In this document: positions 1-8,110 of the stretch, in pieces
How the letters are laid out: each line of letters starts with the position of its first letter
Numbering within the stretch: the stretch's first letter is position 1
Source of the DNA: Promethearchaeota archaeon
Lineage (GTDB): Archaea; Asgardarchaeota; Lokiarchaeia; Sigyniarchaeales; SOKP01
DNA: 18,399 nt
Reading direction: 5' to 3'
NCBI GenBank assembly: GCA_048938445.1
Contig: JBHLME010000090.1
Span: 1-18,399, forward strand
Made by a program: the position numbers and the translations under genes
Notes under the pieces: generated by a model
Database searches by the model: none
What the model was told of the DNA's origin: nothing
Seen by the model: only the letters and a program-made list of their open reading frames with translations

Positions 1-337
1 CCTTTTTTGTTGCTTCAGCCATATTTTGAGCTAAAATTCTCATTTCATTTTCACTAATTTCTTGCTCTGGGAATATAATAAATGGTGTAGGTCCAAATCG
101 TCTAGAAAAGTAGCTTAACAACACGGAAATTCTTGTAGCTAATTTAATTTCAGGTATCAAGATTACGGTATAAGAGCTTTCAGGATTTAAAATTTCATCA
201 TCCAAATAAACCTTACTAATAGGAAGCTTCGCTCCATTCTTATGTACTCTTATGGTTTGATGGCGGAGGCCTATTCCACCAAACTCATGGATATAAGAAA
301 TCATTTTCTTTCTTTCGATTTCTTCCATCATTTTCAT
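1..337 (-). CDS. Partial gene running off the left edge; putative uDENN/longin-like (NPR2-like) domain protein
   Basis: Not in the ORF track. Manual translation from ATG at 337: MKMMEEIERKKMISYIHEFGGIGLRHQTIRVHKNGAKLPISKVYLDDEILNPESSYTVILIPEIKLATRISVLLSYFSRRFGPTPFIIFPEQEISENEMRILAQNMAEATKK..., open to the edge. GAGGTGA lies 5 nt upstream. 'LLSYFSRRFGPTPFIIFP' resembles the F-x(4)-GP hairpin that starts uDENN/NPR2 longin domains. Confidence 0.6.
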   Translation of the reverse strand, partial: MKMMEEIERKKMISYIHEFGGIGLRHQTIRVHKNGAKLPISKVYLDDEILNPESSYTVILIPEIKLATRISVLLSYFSRRFGPTPFIIFPEQEISENEMRILAQNMAEATKK

Positions 338-342
338 AACAC

Positions 343-349
343 TCACCTC
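343..349 (-). promoter_or_regulatory. Shine-Dalgarno site GAGGTGA
   Basis: Plus strand tcacctc reads GAGGTGA on the minus strand, 5 nt before ATG at 337; matches the archaeal SD consensus. Confidence 0.7.
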
Positions 350-551
350 ATATCATAATATGAATAATTCTTATTTAAATGCTTTGTTCTAAATAATGAA
401 CATTCTACTGAACAATAATGTAATGCAAAAAATTTATTTGTAATAGAATTTAAATAATCTTTATTTAATTCATTGAAGAAAGACATATTTCATTTTATAA
501 GGTGATGTAAAAATACCCGACAAGATTATTACCTTTGGATTTATCATATCA

Positions 552-920
552 TTGATTGGGACTATCCTTGGTTTATATTTATGTATCAACTTTTTAGTAT
601 TAACATTTTACGGATTTTTCATTTTCAATCCATGGTGGGAGGACTTTGGTGTACTCATCACATTTATCCTCATCTTTATCTTCGGGAACCTCTTGATATT
701 TTGTATTTCAGGATTTACTTTTCAAAACGCAAGGAGAATATTTGGAATAATAATGATCAACATAGCTGGTTTTATCTATCCTTTAATCATTTTCTTTACT
801 TATATAGGTATTACCTCATACATGCCAGATGAGTTATGGCCATTCATTATTATCGGGTCGAATGGATTATGCTTAATTTTAATTGGGGGAATACTTTATG
901 TAATCTCTAAAAAAGAGTAG
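552..920 (+). CDS. Small integral membrane protein (about 4 TM helices), function unknown
   Basis: 122-aa ORF made almost entirely of hydrophobic segments with a basic C-terminus (SKKE). Track start is TTG; the frame is open back to 501. Confidence 0.7.
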   Translation: MIGTILGLYLCINFLVLTFYGFFIFNPWWEDFGVLITFILIFIFGNLLIFCISGFTFQNARRIFGIIMINIAGFIYPLIIFFTYIGITSYMPDELWPFIIIGSNGLCLILIGGILYVISKKE

Positions 921-979
921 GAAAATTTTTCAAGCAATGAGATACTTACTTAAGAATACTAATAGCATAATATAAACAT

Positions 980-1651
980 TTACCATATTCTTGGAAAGAT
1001 ACGATACTTGGTTTTTTCCATGTATTCCTTATATCCTTTTAATTCTTTAACTAATAACCTCTCCTCACCTTTTACTCTAAATGGCATCAGTATAAGAATT
1101 ATAATAAAGGGAATTAAAGCAAAATAAGATCCTAAAGCAACGGGTGTAGAGCCATACATTATAATAATTGCTAAATACATGGGGTGCCGAACGAAGGCAT
1201 AGGGTCCCGTAGAAATAACCTTTTGAGAATCTTTTTCAACCTTAACCGTGCGACTGGCATAACTATTTTCCCTTAAAACTCTAAAGAAAAATTGATATCC
1301 AACCAAGAAAATAAGATCTGCTATGATAACCATGATGGGATTTATAGCTGACCATTCAAACCTTCTATCAAACCCCGGAATGATAAAAATGCTTAAAATC
1401 ATCACGCTCGAAAGTTTAACGATTAATTTTTGCTCTGATTGTGTTTCTTTTGGTTCCATTCGTCTTTTAAGTAATTCTGGATCATTCTTTAATAAAAATC
1501 TAAGAATTATTATCATTTGGATTACAAAGGTTGCTAAATATAACCAGGCTTCCCAATAAAAGATGGTACCCGCAGTTAAAAAGAACGCTAATGCTATTAA
1601 TATAAATAAAAAAGAAAACCTTCCTATTGCTTTGTTTTTAATTTTCTTCAA
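980..1651 (-). CDS. Isoprenylcysteine carboxylmethyltransferase (ICMT/STE14)-family membrane methyltransferase
   Basis: Multiple TM helices, then 'QKVISTGPYAFVRHPMY' and 'EERLL...GYKEYMEKTKYRIFPRIW', the characteristic C-terminal motifs of the ICMT/PEMT family. TTG start. Confidence 0.88.
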   Translation of the reverse strand: MKKIKNKAIGRFSFLFILIALAFFLTAGTIFYWEAWLYLATFVIQMIIILRFLLKNDPELLKRRMEPKETQSEQKLIVKLSSVMILSIFIIPGFDRRFEWSAINPIMVIIADLIFLVGYQFFFRVLRENSYASRTVKVEKDSQKVISTGPYAFVRHPMYLAIIIMYGSTPVALGSYFALIPFIIILILMPFRVKGEERLLVKELKGYKEYMEKTKYRIFPRIW

Positions 1652-1764
1652 GTTTATTTCTGAATTATTATCTCTTGTTGTTTCCGTATATTTTTCACCT
1701 TTTGTAATTTTATTTTAAATAAATAGATAATAACTATATTTTTATGCTTTTATTTCAGCTGTTT

Positions 1765-1779
1765 GAAAAGGTATATAAG
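1765..1779 (+). promoter_or_regulatory. Putative archaeal BRE + TATA box for the peroxiredoxin-like gene
   Basis: GAAAAGG followed by TATATAAG (1772-1779), ending 26 nt before ATG at 1806. No SD is visible, consistent with a leaderless or short-leader transcript. Confidence 0.5.
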
Positions 1780-1805
1780 CCTTGAACTAAAGAATTATAT
1801 TAATC

Positions 1806-2324
1806 ATGTCAGAAAATGAAATTAAAGTTGGAGATAAAGCACCCTTATTCAAATTAGAATCCTTTAATGCCGGGATTATTGATTTAAGCGAACTGATTGG
1901 TAAACAAAAAATCGTGTTGATTTTTTCGAGATATTTTGGATGTCCTCTCTGTCAACTAGACCTTAAAATCTTATTAGAACACTCCAAACAAATTGAAGAT
2001 AAAGGTGCAAAAATACTTTATATCACCCAAAGCGGAGAACAAGTAGCTAAAGAATTTATCAAACAAAAAGAGATTACCTTTCCCGTAATTCCAAGCTCAA
2101 AAGACGAGCTTTATAAGGATTATGGATTAGGTTTAATGACACCAGAAGCAGCAAAACAAATTAGAACCAAATTTAAAATGGCCACCGAAGCTGGTTTTGA
2201 GCATGGGGCCTATGAAGGGTGGGAAAAACAAGGTCCCGGGCAATTTGTAATCGATACTGATGGCACGATAATTCATGCGAAATTGGGTTGGTTAGAAATC
2301 GATCCAATCATTAATATTCTATGA
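1806..2324 (+). CDS. Peroxiredoxin-like AhpC/TSA (redoxin) family protein, PRXL2-like CxxC type
   Basis: 'IKVGDKAPLFKL', 'LIFSRYFGCPLCQ' (CxxC), 'LYKDYGL', 'PGQFVIDTDGTIIHA': thioredoxin-fold redoxin pattern. Confidence 0.88.
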   Translation: MSENEIKVGDKAPLFKLESFNAGIIDLSELIGKQKIVLIFSRYFGCPLCQLDLKILLEHSKQIEDKGAKILYITQSGEQVAKEFIKQKEITFPVIPSSKDELYKDYGLGLMTPEAAKQIRTKFKMATEAGFEHGAYEGWEKQGPGQFVIDTDGTIIHAKLGWLEIDPIINIL

Positions 2325-2345
2325 CTGCATACAGATTAAAAATGT

Positions 2346-2355
2346 AAAAAAAAAA
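2346..2355 (-). terminator. Putative oligo-T terminator (T10) between convergent genes
   Basis: A10 on the plus strand gives T10 on the minus strand about 30 nt after the stop at 2385; archaeal terminators are U-tracts. Confidence 0.45.
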
Positions 2356-2384
2356 GAATTTTGAATAGTTAAATATTAAAATTT

Positions 2385-3734
2385 TTAAGTAACATAATTA
2401 TTATTGCCTTCAACTGTGGACCCACTTAGATTAGAATAATCGTCATCATTAGAAAGCATTGTATTCCCATCCACTACATTCCCATCACAACTACTACTGG
2501 CGATTCTTAAACCATATCCAGTACTAGAACTTTGATGATAAGTAATCATATTACCCAATATAAAATTATAATCAGCAGCGCTTAATTCTACAATGATACC
2601 ATAGATAAGACTTGATGAACTAGTAACCCCTCTAATAGTATTACCTGAAATAGTTGAGTTATACCCTCTAATGACAATTCCAGCAATTGTATTTTGATAT
2701 AGCATGTTATTTGCAATAGTGCAATATTCCCCATTAAAATAAATTCCCCTATAACATGTTGCTATGTAATTCCCTTCACAGACAACCTGACAACCACTGT
2801 CGATGTGTATACCTTGTCCACCACTACCAGTATCACAATCGACAATTGTATTATCGATGATGTAAACTGAATGGGCACTAGTAGTCACATAAACACCATA
2901 ATACATCTTACTGATATAACAGTTAGATACCCATACATCAGGTTGAGTTATGTAAATTGCAGTACCAAAACTATCTGAATCACCTAAAATACGGACATTT
3001 TCAACTCGTACTGAACTGATTGAGACTTGAATAGCGTATGTAATTCCTGTAAGATCACTAGCATCTATTGTTAAATCTTTTAAAATGCATGATGAAATAG
3101 TTCCATATATATAAAAAGCCATATTATTCCCACCACAATCCACCGTAATATCCTGGGAAACACCTTGTATGACATAGTTTCCACCACCATCTACAGTAAT
3201 TTGCGAGGTAAGTATAATATCTTCAGTAATTATAATCGTTCCATCTCCTGTCCCAATATCAGTTAATGCACTATTTATTTCTGATTGCGAAGAGCAATAA
3301 TATTTATCTGGATCATTAAGCACATTTACAATGATTTCATCTTGGGTGGTATTACCTGATGCTACATCAGTTGCAATCACGGTTATATTCCACCATCCAT
3401 TTGCTACAGAGCCAGTATTCCATTGAAATGGTAGTGTTGCTCCGATTAATGAGCCATTCCTAAGAATAGATATAGTATATTGACTTGAACCTGCTACTAA
3501 AGCTCTTATTTCAACAGTGCCCGAAACAGTGTCGCCTTGGTCAGGATCTAAAATACCAACGACAATACCACCCCCTCCAGGAACGCCATCTTCTCCATCT
3601 TCTCCAGGAGCACCAGGAAGACCAGGAATGGGAGGTTGTAAAAAGACAGAATATGTCCCTAAACCTAAACCACCCATTCCTATTATCATGGTTATGATAA
3701 TAAGAGCTGAAGATGCTGAACTTCTATTTGACAT
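2385..3734 (-). CDS. Membrane-anchored or secreted protein: N-terminal TM, short collagen-like segment, Ig-like domain, right-handed parallel beta-helix (NosD/pectin-lyase-like)
   Basis: Hydrophobic N-terminus; GLPGAPGEDGEDGVPG; 'PDQGDTVSGTVEIRA...FQWNTGSVANGWWNITVIATD' (Ig-like); repeated 'GIY...TIANN/ISGNTI/ILGNMI/VDGNTM' PbH1-type coils. Confidence 0.82.
   Translation of the reverse strand: MSNRSSASSALIIITMIIGMGGLGLGTYSVFLQPPIPGLPGAPGEDGEDGVPGGGGIVVGILDPDQGDTVSGTVEIRALVAGSSQYTISILRNGSLIGATLPFQWNTGSVANGWWNITVIATDVASGNTTQDEIIVNVLNDPDKYYCSSQSEINSALTDIGTGDGTIIITEDIILTSQITVDGGGNYVIQGVSQDITVDCGGNNMAFYIYGTISSCILKDLTIDASDLTGITYAIQVSISSVRVENVRILGDSDSFGTAIYITQPDVWVSNCYISKMYYGVYVTTSAHSVYIIDNTIVDCDTGSGGQGIHIDSGCQVVCEGNYIATCYRGIYFNGEYCTIANNMLYQNTIAGIVIRGYNSTISGNTIRGVTSSSSLIYGIIVELSAADYNFILGNMITYHQSSSTGYGLRIASSSCDGNVVDGNTMLSNDDDYSNLSGSTVEGNNNYVT
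3576..3623 (-). repeat. Collagen-like Gly-X-Y repeat (5 triplets) in a locally GC-rich coding patch
   Basis: Encodes GLP GAP GED GED GVP G; includes the 9-nt tandem ccatcttct x2. Confidence 0.7.
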
Positions 3735-3954
3735 TTTTATAATTTACCCCATTTTTTTATAATTAGATAAAAAAAATTTTATGTATAAATTAACAATTCG
3801 GGATAGTATAAAAACACATGTTATTTTATTTAAAATAAAGAAAAAAACATACAATTTTGTCAAAAGATTATTTCTTTTAAAAATTATGAAAATAAAAACA
3901 CATCAAATTATTTCAGTTAATTGTGATATAGTTTCAAACTGTGAATAACGAGAT

Positions 3955-5097
3955 TTAAAAAAAAGGATATCGATTTCGTCTCCTTTCTTGGCTTTCAAGA
4001 GTTTTTTTCTTCAATTCTTTATCAATAAAACCTTCAATGTGGCATAAGTACTCATATTCATCTCTCAAGCACAAAGTTATCGCGACACCTTTTTTATTCA
4101 TTCGGGAGGTTCTCCCTATTCGATGAACATAATTCTCGGGATACTTAGGCACGTCATAATTAAAAATATGACTTATATTATCAATATCAAGACCTCTCGC
4201 TGCAACATCAGTTGCTATGAGCATGTTAACCCTTTTCTTTTTAAAGTCTTTTAAAACTTTTTCTCGTTTGAATTGAGATAAATCTCCTGAAATAAGACCC
4301 ACTCTATATTCATTGTCTTTTGAATTCAATTTATTTGCTAACCATGATGCAGTCTTCTTGGTATTCGTAAAAACTAAAGAGAATTTAGGTTTTTCCCTCC
4401 TTAAAATTTTTAAGAATGAGGGATATTTTTGTTCATATCTATCAATTAAATAATAGAATTGATGAGTGTTTCTTACTGTCAATTCATCTTTACTTAAATT
4501 TAAAAACTTGAATTGATTTTTTGAATACTTTTTTACCAAATTTCTAATATCAGGATCGAGCGTAGCCGAAAATAGCATGAATTGATAATTAGTTTTAATT
4601 TGGTGTAAAATATATTTGACATCTGGAGCAAAACCCATATCCCATAGACGATCGGCTTCGTCTAGAACAACATATCTTATATTTGATAAATTTAATTCTC
4701 TTCTTTTATAAAGATCAATAATCCTTCCGGGAGTTCCTACAATTATATTAATCCCCTTTTTTAAATAACTTATCTGGTTATTAATAGAAACGCCCCCATA
4801 TATTGGTATGGACTTTACTCCATTTCCCATGCTCTCAATAACTTCTTGAACTTGTTTTGCAAGCTCTCTTGTTGGTACCAAAATAAGAGCTTCATTATTT
4901 TTAAATTGTATTTTTTCGATTATGGGAAGAACAAACGCTAGTGTCTTGCCAGTACCGGTTTTAGATTGAACCATCATATGGTTTCCTTTTAGAATGAAGG
5001 GAATTGCTTTTTCTTGTACCGGTGTTGGTGTTATGATATCTTGTTTTGATAACTCGTTTATATACTTATCTTTAATACCTAATTCTTTAAAATTCAA
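3955..5097 (-). CDS. DEAD-box ATP-dependent RNA helicase (core only)
   Basis: Q motif (F...PTPVQ), motif I SKTGTGKT, Ia PTRELA, GG, Ib TPGR, II DEAD, III SAT, V TDVAARGLD, VI HRIGRTSR. TTG start. Confidence 0.97.
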   Translation of the reverse strand: MNFKELGIKDKYINELSKQDIITPTPVQEKAIPFILKGNHMMVQSKTGTGKTLAFVLPIIEKIQFKNNEALILVPTRELAKQVQEVIESMGNGVKSIPIYGGVSINNQISYLKKGINIIVGTPGRIIDLYKRRELNLSNIRYVVLDEADRLWDMGFAPDVKYILHQIKTNYQFMLFSATLDPDIRNLVKKYSKNQFKFLNLSKDELTVRNTHQFYYLIDRYEQKYPSFLKILRREKPKFSLVFTNTKKTASWLANKLNSKDNEYRVGLISGDLSQFKREKVLKDFKKKRVNMLIATDVAARGLDIDNISHIFNYDVPKYPENYVHRIGRTSRMNKKGVAITLCLRDEYEYLCHIEGFIDKELKKKTLESQERRRNRYPFF

Positions 5098-5197
5098 ATA
5101 AAAAAACCTATAACTTCACTATTTTTTTCTCATTCTCAATTAAATAATGTTAATACTATTAGAAAAACTTTTCTAAAATTTCTCATTTCGATTTTTA

Positions 5198-7393
5198 CTA
5201 TTTAAATACGACTTGTTCAACTAGAAGATTTATTTCTACTAATTTTTTATTGATAAGCATGCGTACTTTATCTGCATTAATCTGTGGATTATTATTAACG
5301 ATATCTCGCACGGCATCACGATATTTTTTTCCCAATTTTGAAAGCATTAAGTGGGATTCATTAGACTCGTTAAATTGTGGTATTGGAAATGAAAATGGTC
5401 TTTTATGTATATGCCGTGAGCTTTTAATCAATTTAATGCTATTGGAGAGAATTGGAGCATTCAATATAGCAGATAAATAGAATGCTTCATCTTTAGAATC
5501 AGTAGAATAATAATAATTTTCTGATGGAATAATAATAGTTTTTTTAAAATTCTTAATAACTGCCGATTTTAGACTTGAACCAGAAGCATTATAAATTACA
5601 ATAAAATTATTGTTTTTATTCTGTTTAGTTAATTTATTCCAATAATTCATGTTTGAAAATAAAGTATTAATCGAACTGGTCTGTTTTTTATTTTTTTGAT
5701 AAATTTCATCTAATTCTGAATAAAATTTCATTGCTTTAGGATATTGATTTAAATAATCCGTATCAAAAAGAAATGCTTCATTAATAGGTAGAAACACGCG
5801 TTTATATTTTTTCAAACAAAAGGGAACTAAATCCTTATTTAAAAATGATTTAAACTTAAATTCTCGTTCAATTTCTCTATTTTGGAATTCAAATTTCCAC
5901 TTATTTTTTGCTCTAGATAATATATCGGGATCTGAAGATAATAAATATGATGAATCATCATTTTTATCCATTTTAAAAAATATTAAAGTACGTGGGACTA
6001 ATGTTGCTCCTTGGTAAAATTTTGACTTATAAGAACTATAAGAAATTTTATGTAAAAGTTCCAATTGATGAACTGGTATTATGAGTTTTGCTCCTTCTTT
6101 TTCAATCTTCAAGCTAGAATAATGAGTTTCCTCAATTACTGATAAATTTTCATTAAAGATTTTTGTTTTGATAGGATATTTCTCATTTGGTGTCTTATGG
6201 TCTTCAATTCCAATATATTCTGCTTTTAAGCAAATATTTGGAATATTAAATATATTTGTTGAGGGAAAATCCCAAATTTCAAGATTATCGAATATTGAAA
6301 AAGCTCTAAATTTATAACAGTGATCTCCATTCAAAACGCTTTTAGTTATAATTAAAAAGATTTTTCCACCGAATTTTAAAAACTTGGTAACAGCATAAAA
6401 AAAAACTGCCGCAAGCTCGATATGAGTAATATAATGACTCATCGGTTTAATTTTAAACCTTTCTGCTAAATTCCGGATATCCTCTTGATATTTCTTGCTA
6501 TTCAAATCTTTATATGTTATCCACGGGGGATTTCCTATTATTAAATCAAAATAATCATATAAATTCGTGAGATTATATCTCATTTGGGACTCATATCGCT
6601 CGGGAAATAATGAATCAATGATATATATATTTACATTAGGAATTTGATCTTCACTAAAATCAAAATGTTCTAAAAATACCAAGAATATATTTATCTTAGC
6701 AGTGTAAGTGGCAAGGGGGTTGACATCAAAACCATAGACGTTATTAATGGCATCAAGCTTTTCTTCATTGCTTTTCTCTTTATTGTTGAGAATAGATATA
6801 ATGATATTAATCAAGAAATTACCCGATCCGCAAGAAGGATCCAAAATTTTCTTACCAAATTCATAAAAATCATTAACCATCTTTTCGACGAGATTAGAAG
6901 GCGTGTAAAATTCTCCAATTTTATGGCGAATATCTGCAAAAAACAACTCTTGATAAAAATTAATGAACAAGTCTTCTTGCATGAAGGACTTATTTTCAAT
7001 TTCATCATAGATCATTGAAAATAGTTTTTTTGAAAAATCAATCCAATAAAAAGTATCAAACTCAAAGATATAAAAGGCTTCTAAATTATTTGACCTAAAA
7101 TCCCTGTAAGCCTCAGCAAAATCGATGTTTTGAATTAGACTCAAACGAGTTATCAATAAAGATTTCAAAACTAAAGAGAAATAGGTATGTTTGAGAAATA
7201 ACTCAGAATCAAGAACTCCACCATAAATCTCTTTATAAAGCTTTTTCCATTTAGTGAAAGTGATTTCATATTCTTTCTTTCGAGATGATTGCGCACTTTT
7301 TGTAAAGAAATCCATACTATTTTTATAGATCTCAGAACTCAATCCAAATGTTATAGAAATGTCTTTTTTTCCTACCTTTTTATACTCAACCAT
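5198..7393 (-). CDS. Amino (N6-adenine/N4-cytosine) DNA methyltransferase, gamma-class order, N-6 DNA methylase/Eco57I-like, with C-terminal putative target-recognition region
   Basis: Motif X GEFYTP, motif I ILDPSCGSGNF, 'YGFDVNP', motif IV IIGNPPW, in X-I-IV order, followed by about 350 aa of TRD-like sequence ('FYLSAILNAP'). Confidence 0.92.
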   Translation of the reverse strand: MVEYKKVGKKDISITFGLSSEIYKNSMDFFTKSAQSSRKKEYEITFTKWKKLYKEIYGGVLDSELFLKHTYFSLVLKSLLITRLSLIQNIDFAEAYRDFRSNNLEAFYIFEFDTFYWIDFSKKLFSMIYDEIENKSFMQEDLFINFYQELFFADIRHKIGEFYTPSNLVEKMVNDFYEFGKKILDPSCGSGNFLINIIISILNNKEKSNEEKLDAINNVYGFDVNPLATYTAKINIFLVFLEHFDFSEDQIPNVNIYIIDSLFPERYESQMRYNLTNLYDYFDLIIGNPPWITYKDLNSKKYQEDIRNLAERFKIKPMSHYITHIELAAVFFYAVTKFLKFGGKIFLIITKSVLNGDHCYKFRAFSIFDNLEIWDFPSTNIFNIPNICLKAEYIGIEDHKTPNEKYPIKTKIFNENLSVIEETHYSSLKIEKEGAKLIIPVHQLELLHKISYSSYKSKFYQGATLVPRTLIFFKMDKNDDSSYLLSSDPDILSRAKNKWKFEFQNREIEREFKFKSFLNKDLVPFCLKKYKRVFLPINEAFLFDTDYLNQYPKAMKFYSELDEIYQKNKKQTSSINTLFSNMNYWNKLTKQNKNNNFIVIYNASGSSLKSAVIKNFKKTIIIPSENYYYSTDSKDEAFYLSAILNAPILSNSIKLIKSSRHIHKRPFSFPIPQFNESNESHLMLSKLGKKYRDAVRDIVNNNPQINADKVRMLINKKLVEINLLVEQVVFK

Positions 7394-7493
7394 TATTTTT
7401 TCTCGATTCTGTTTAACTTTATAATTATTTGATTCAAATTAATTAAAATCCAAAGATGGATAAATAAAATAAAAAAAGAAAGATAATTCACCA

Positions 7494-8030
7494 TTATCGC
7501 ATGAAAGAAGGAAGCATCAAGCTAAAAATCTCAGAAATCTTTTTTAATTTTGATTTTGATTCTACTGTGGTTGCAATTAAAATTGAACGTTCAAGTTCTT
7601 TACGATCTAATGAACCCCCCGCATAAATACCCCTTTTAGTATTGAAAACTAGCATGTATCTCACATTGGGATTATTAACTACCTTGATACCTGGATTAGA
7701 TTTAATCTCATCATAATATTGCTGGTATTCTGGTGGCATTCCACCTCTATCATTAGTAATTATCAACACGGGTATTCCTTTTGATGCAATTCTTTTTAAT
7801 TCTGTTGAATAAAACTGATCTATTTTAGGTGATACTATATTAAGTTGCTCCTCTGTTTGTCCTATTAATTCAATTAACAAGTCGTTAAGGATGGTTTTTT
7901 TCCCTTCAAATACTCCTGAAGATTGAATATTAATTGCTCCTACAAGTGTTAAAATTCGATCTTCTAATTTTTGGACTTGTTCTTTTAACCTTCGGTTTTC
8001 TAATCTTAATTCGATAATGCGGTCAGACAT
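7494..8030 (-). CDS. N-terminal coiled coil + degenerate phospholipase D-like (PLDc_2/TrmB-middle-like) domain protein
   Basis: Heptad-like 'LRLENRRLKEQVQKLEDRI'; then 'LIGQTEEQLNIVSPKID', 'KGIPVLIITN', 'GIKVVNNPNVRYMLVFNTKRGIYAGGSLD', which follow the PLD-fold strand order but lack HxKxxxxD. Confidence 0.6.
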   Translation of the reverse strand: MSDRIIELRLENRRLKEQVQKLEDRILTLVGAINIQSSGVFEGKKTILNDLLIELIGQTEEQLNIVSPKIDQFYSTELKRIASKGIPVLIITNDRGGMPPEYQQYYDEIKSNPGIKVVNNPNVRYMLVFNTKRGIYAGGSLDRKELERSILIATTVESKSKLKKISEIFSLMLPSFMR

Positions 8031-8110
8031 TTATGTTTCTCTCACTTTTTTTCTTTTTCTTAAATATATTAATTATGTTATTTAACTATATATTTCTTGT
8101 ATTTAAAATA

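Noticed and set aside
581-832. 83-aa alternative-frame ORF
   Set aside because: Nested in the 552-920 membrane protein gene; no recognisable features.
1323-1559. 78-aa plus-strand ORF
   Set aside because: Antisense shadow of the ICMT-family gene.
980-1651. ICMT-family gene as evidence for eukaryote-like CaaX prenylation
   Set aside because: The family is widespread in prokaryotes, and no prenyltransferase or clear CaaX substrate is present in the window.
3485-3762. Two plus-strand ORFs (70 and 81 aa), one Pro/Gly-rich
   Set aside because: Antisense to the Gly-rich collagen-like segment; composition is explained by the minus-strand codons.
5250-7008. Short ORFs 5250-5480 (+) and 6811-7008 (-)
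   Set aside because: Both lie inside the methyltransferase gene with no independent support.
8031-8050. Upstream similarity AAAAAGTGAG..ACATA.ATG shared with the gelsolin gene (17757-17777)
   Set aside because: Adequately explained by an ordinary SD-like GTGAG(G) in an A-rich context.
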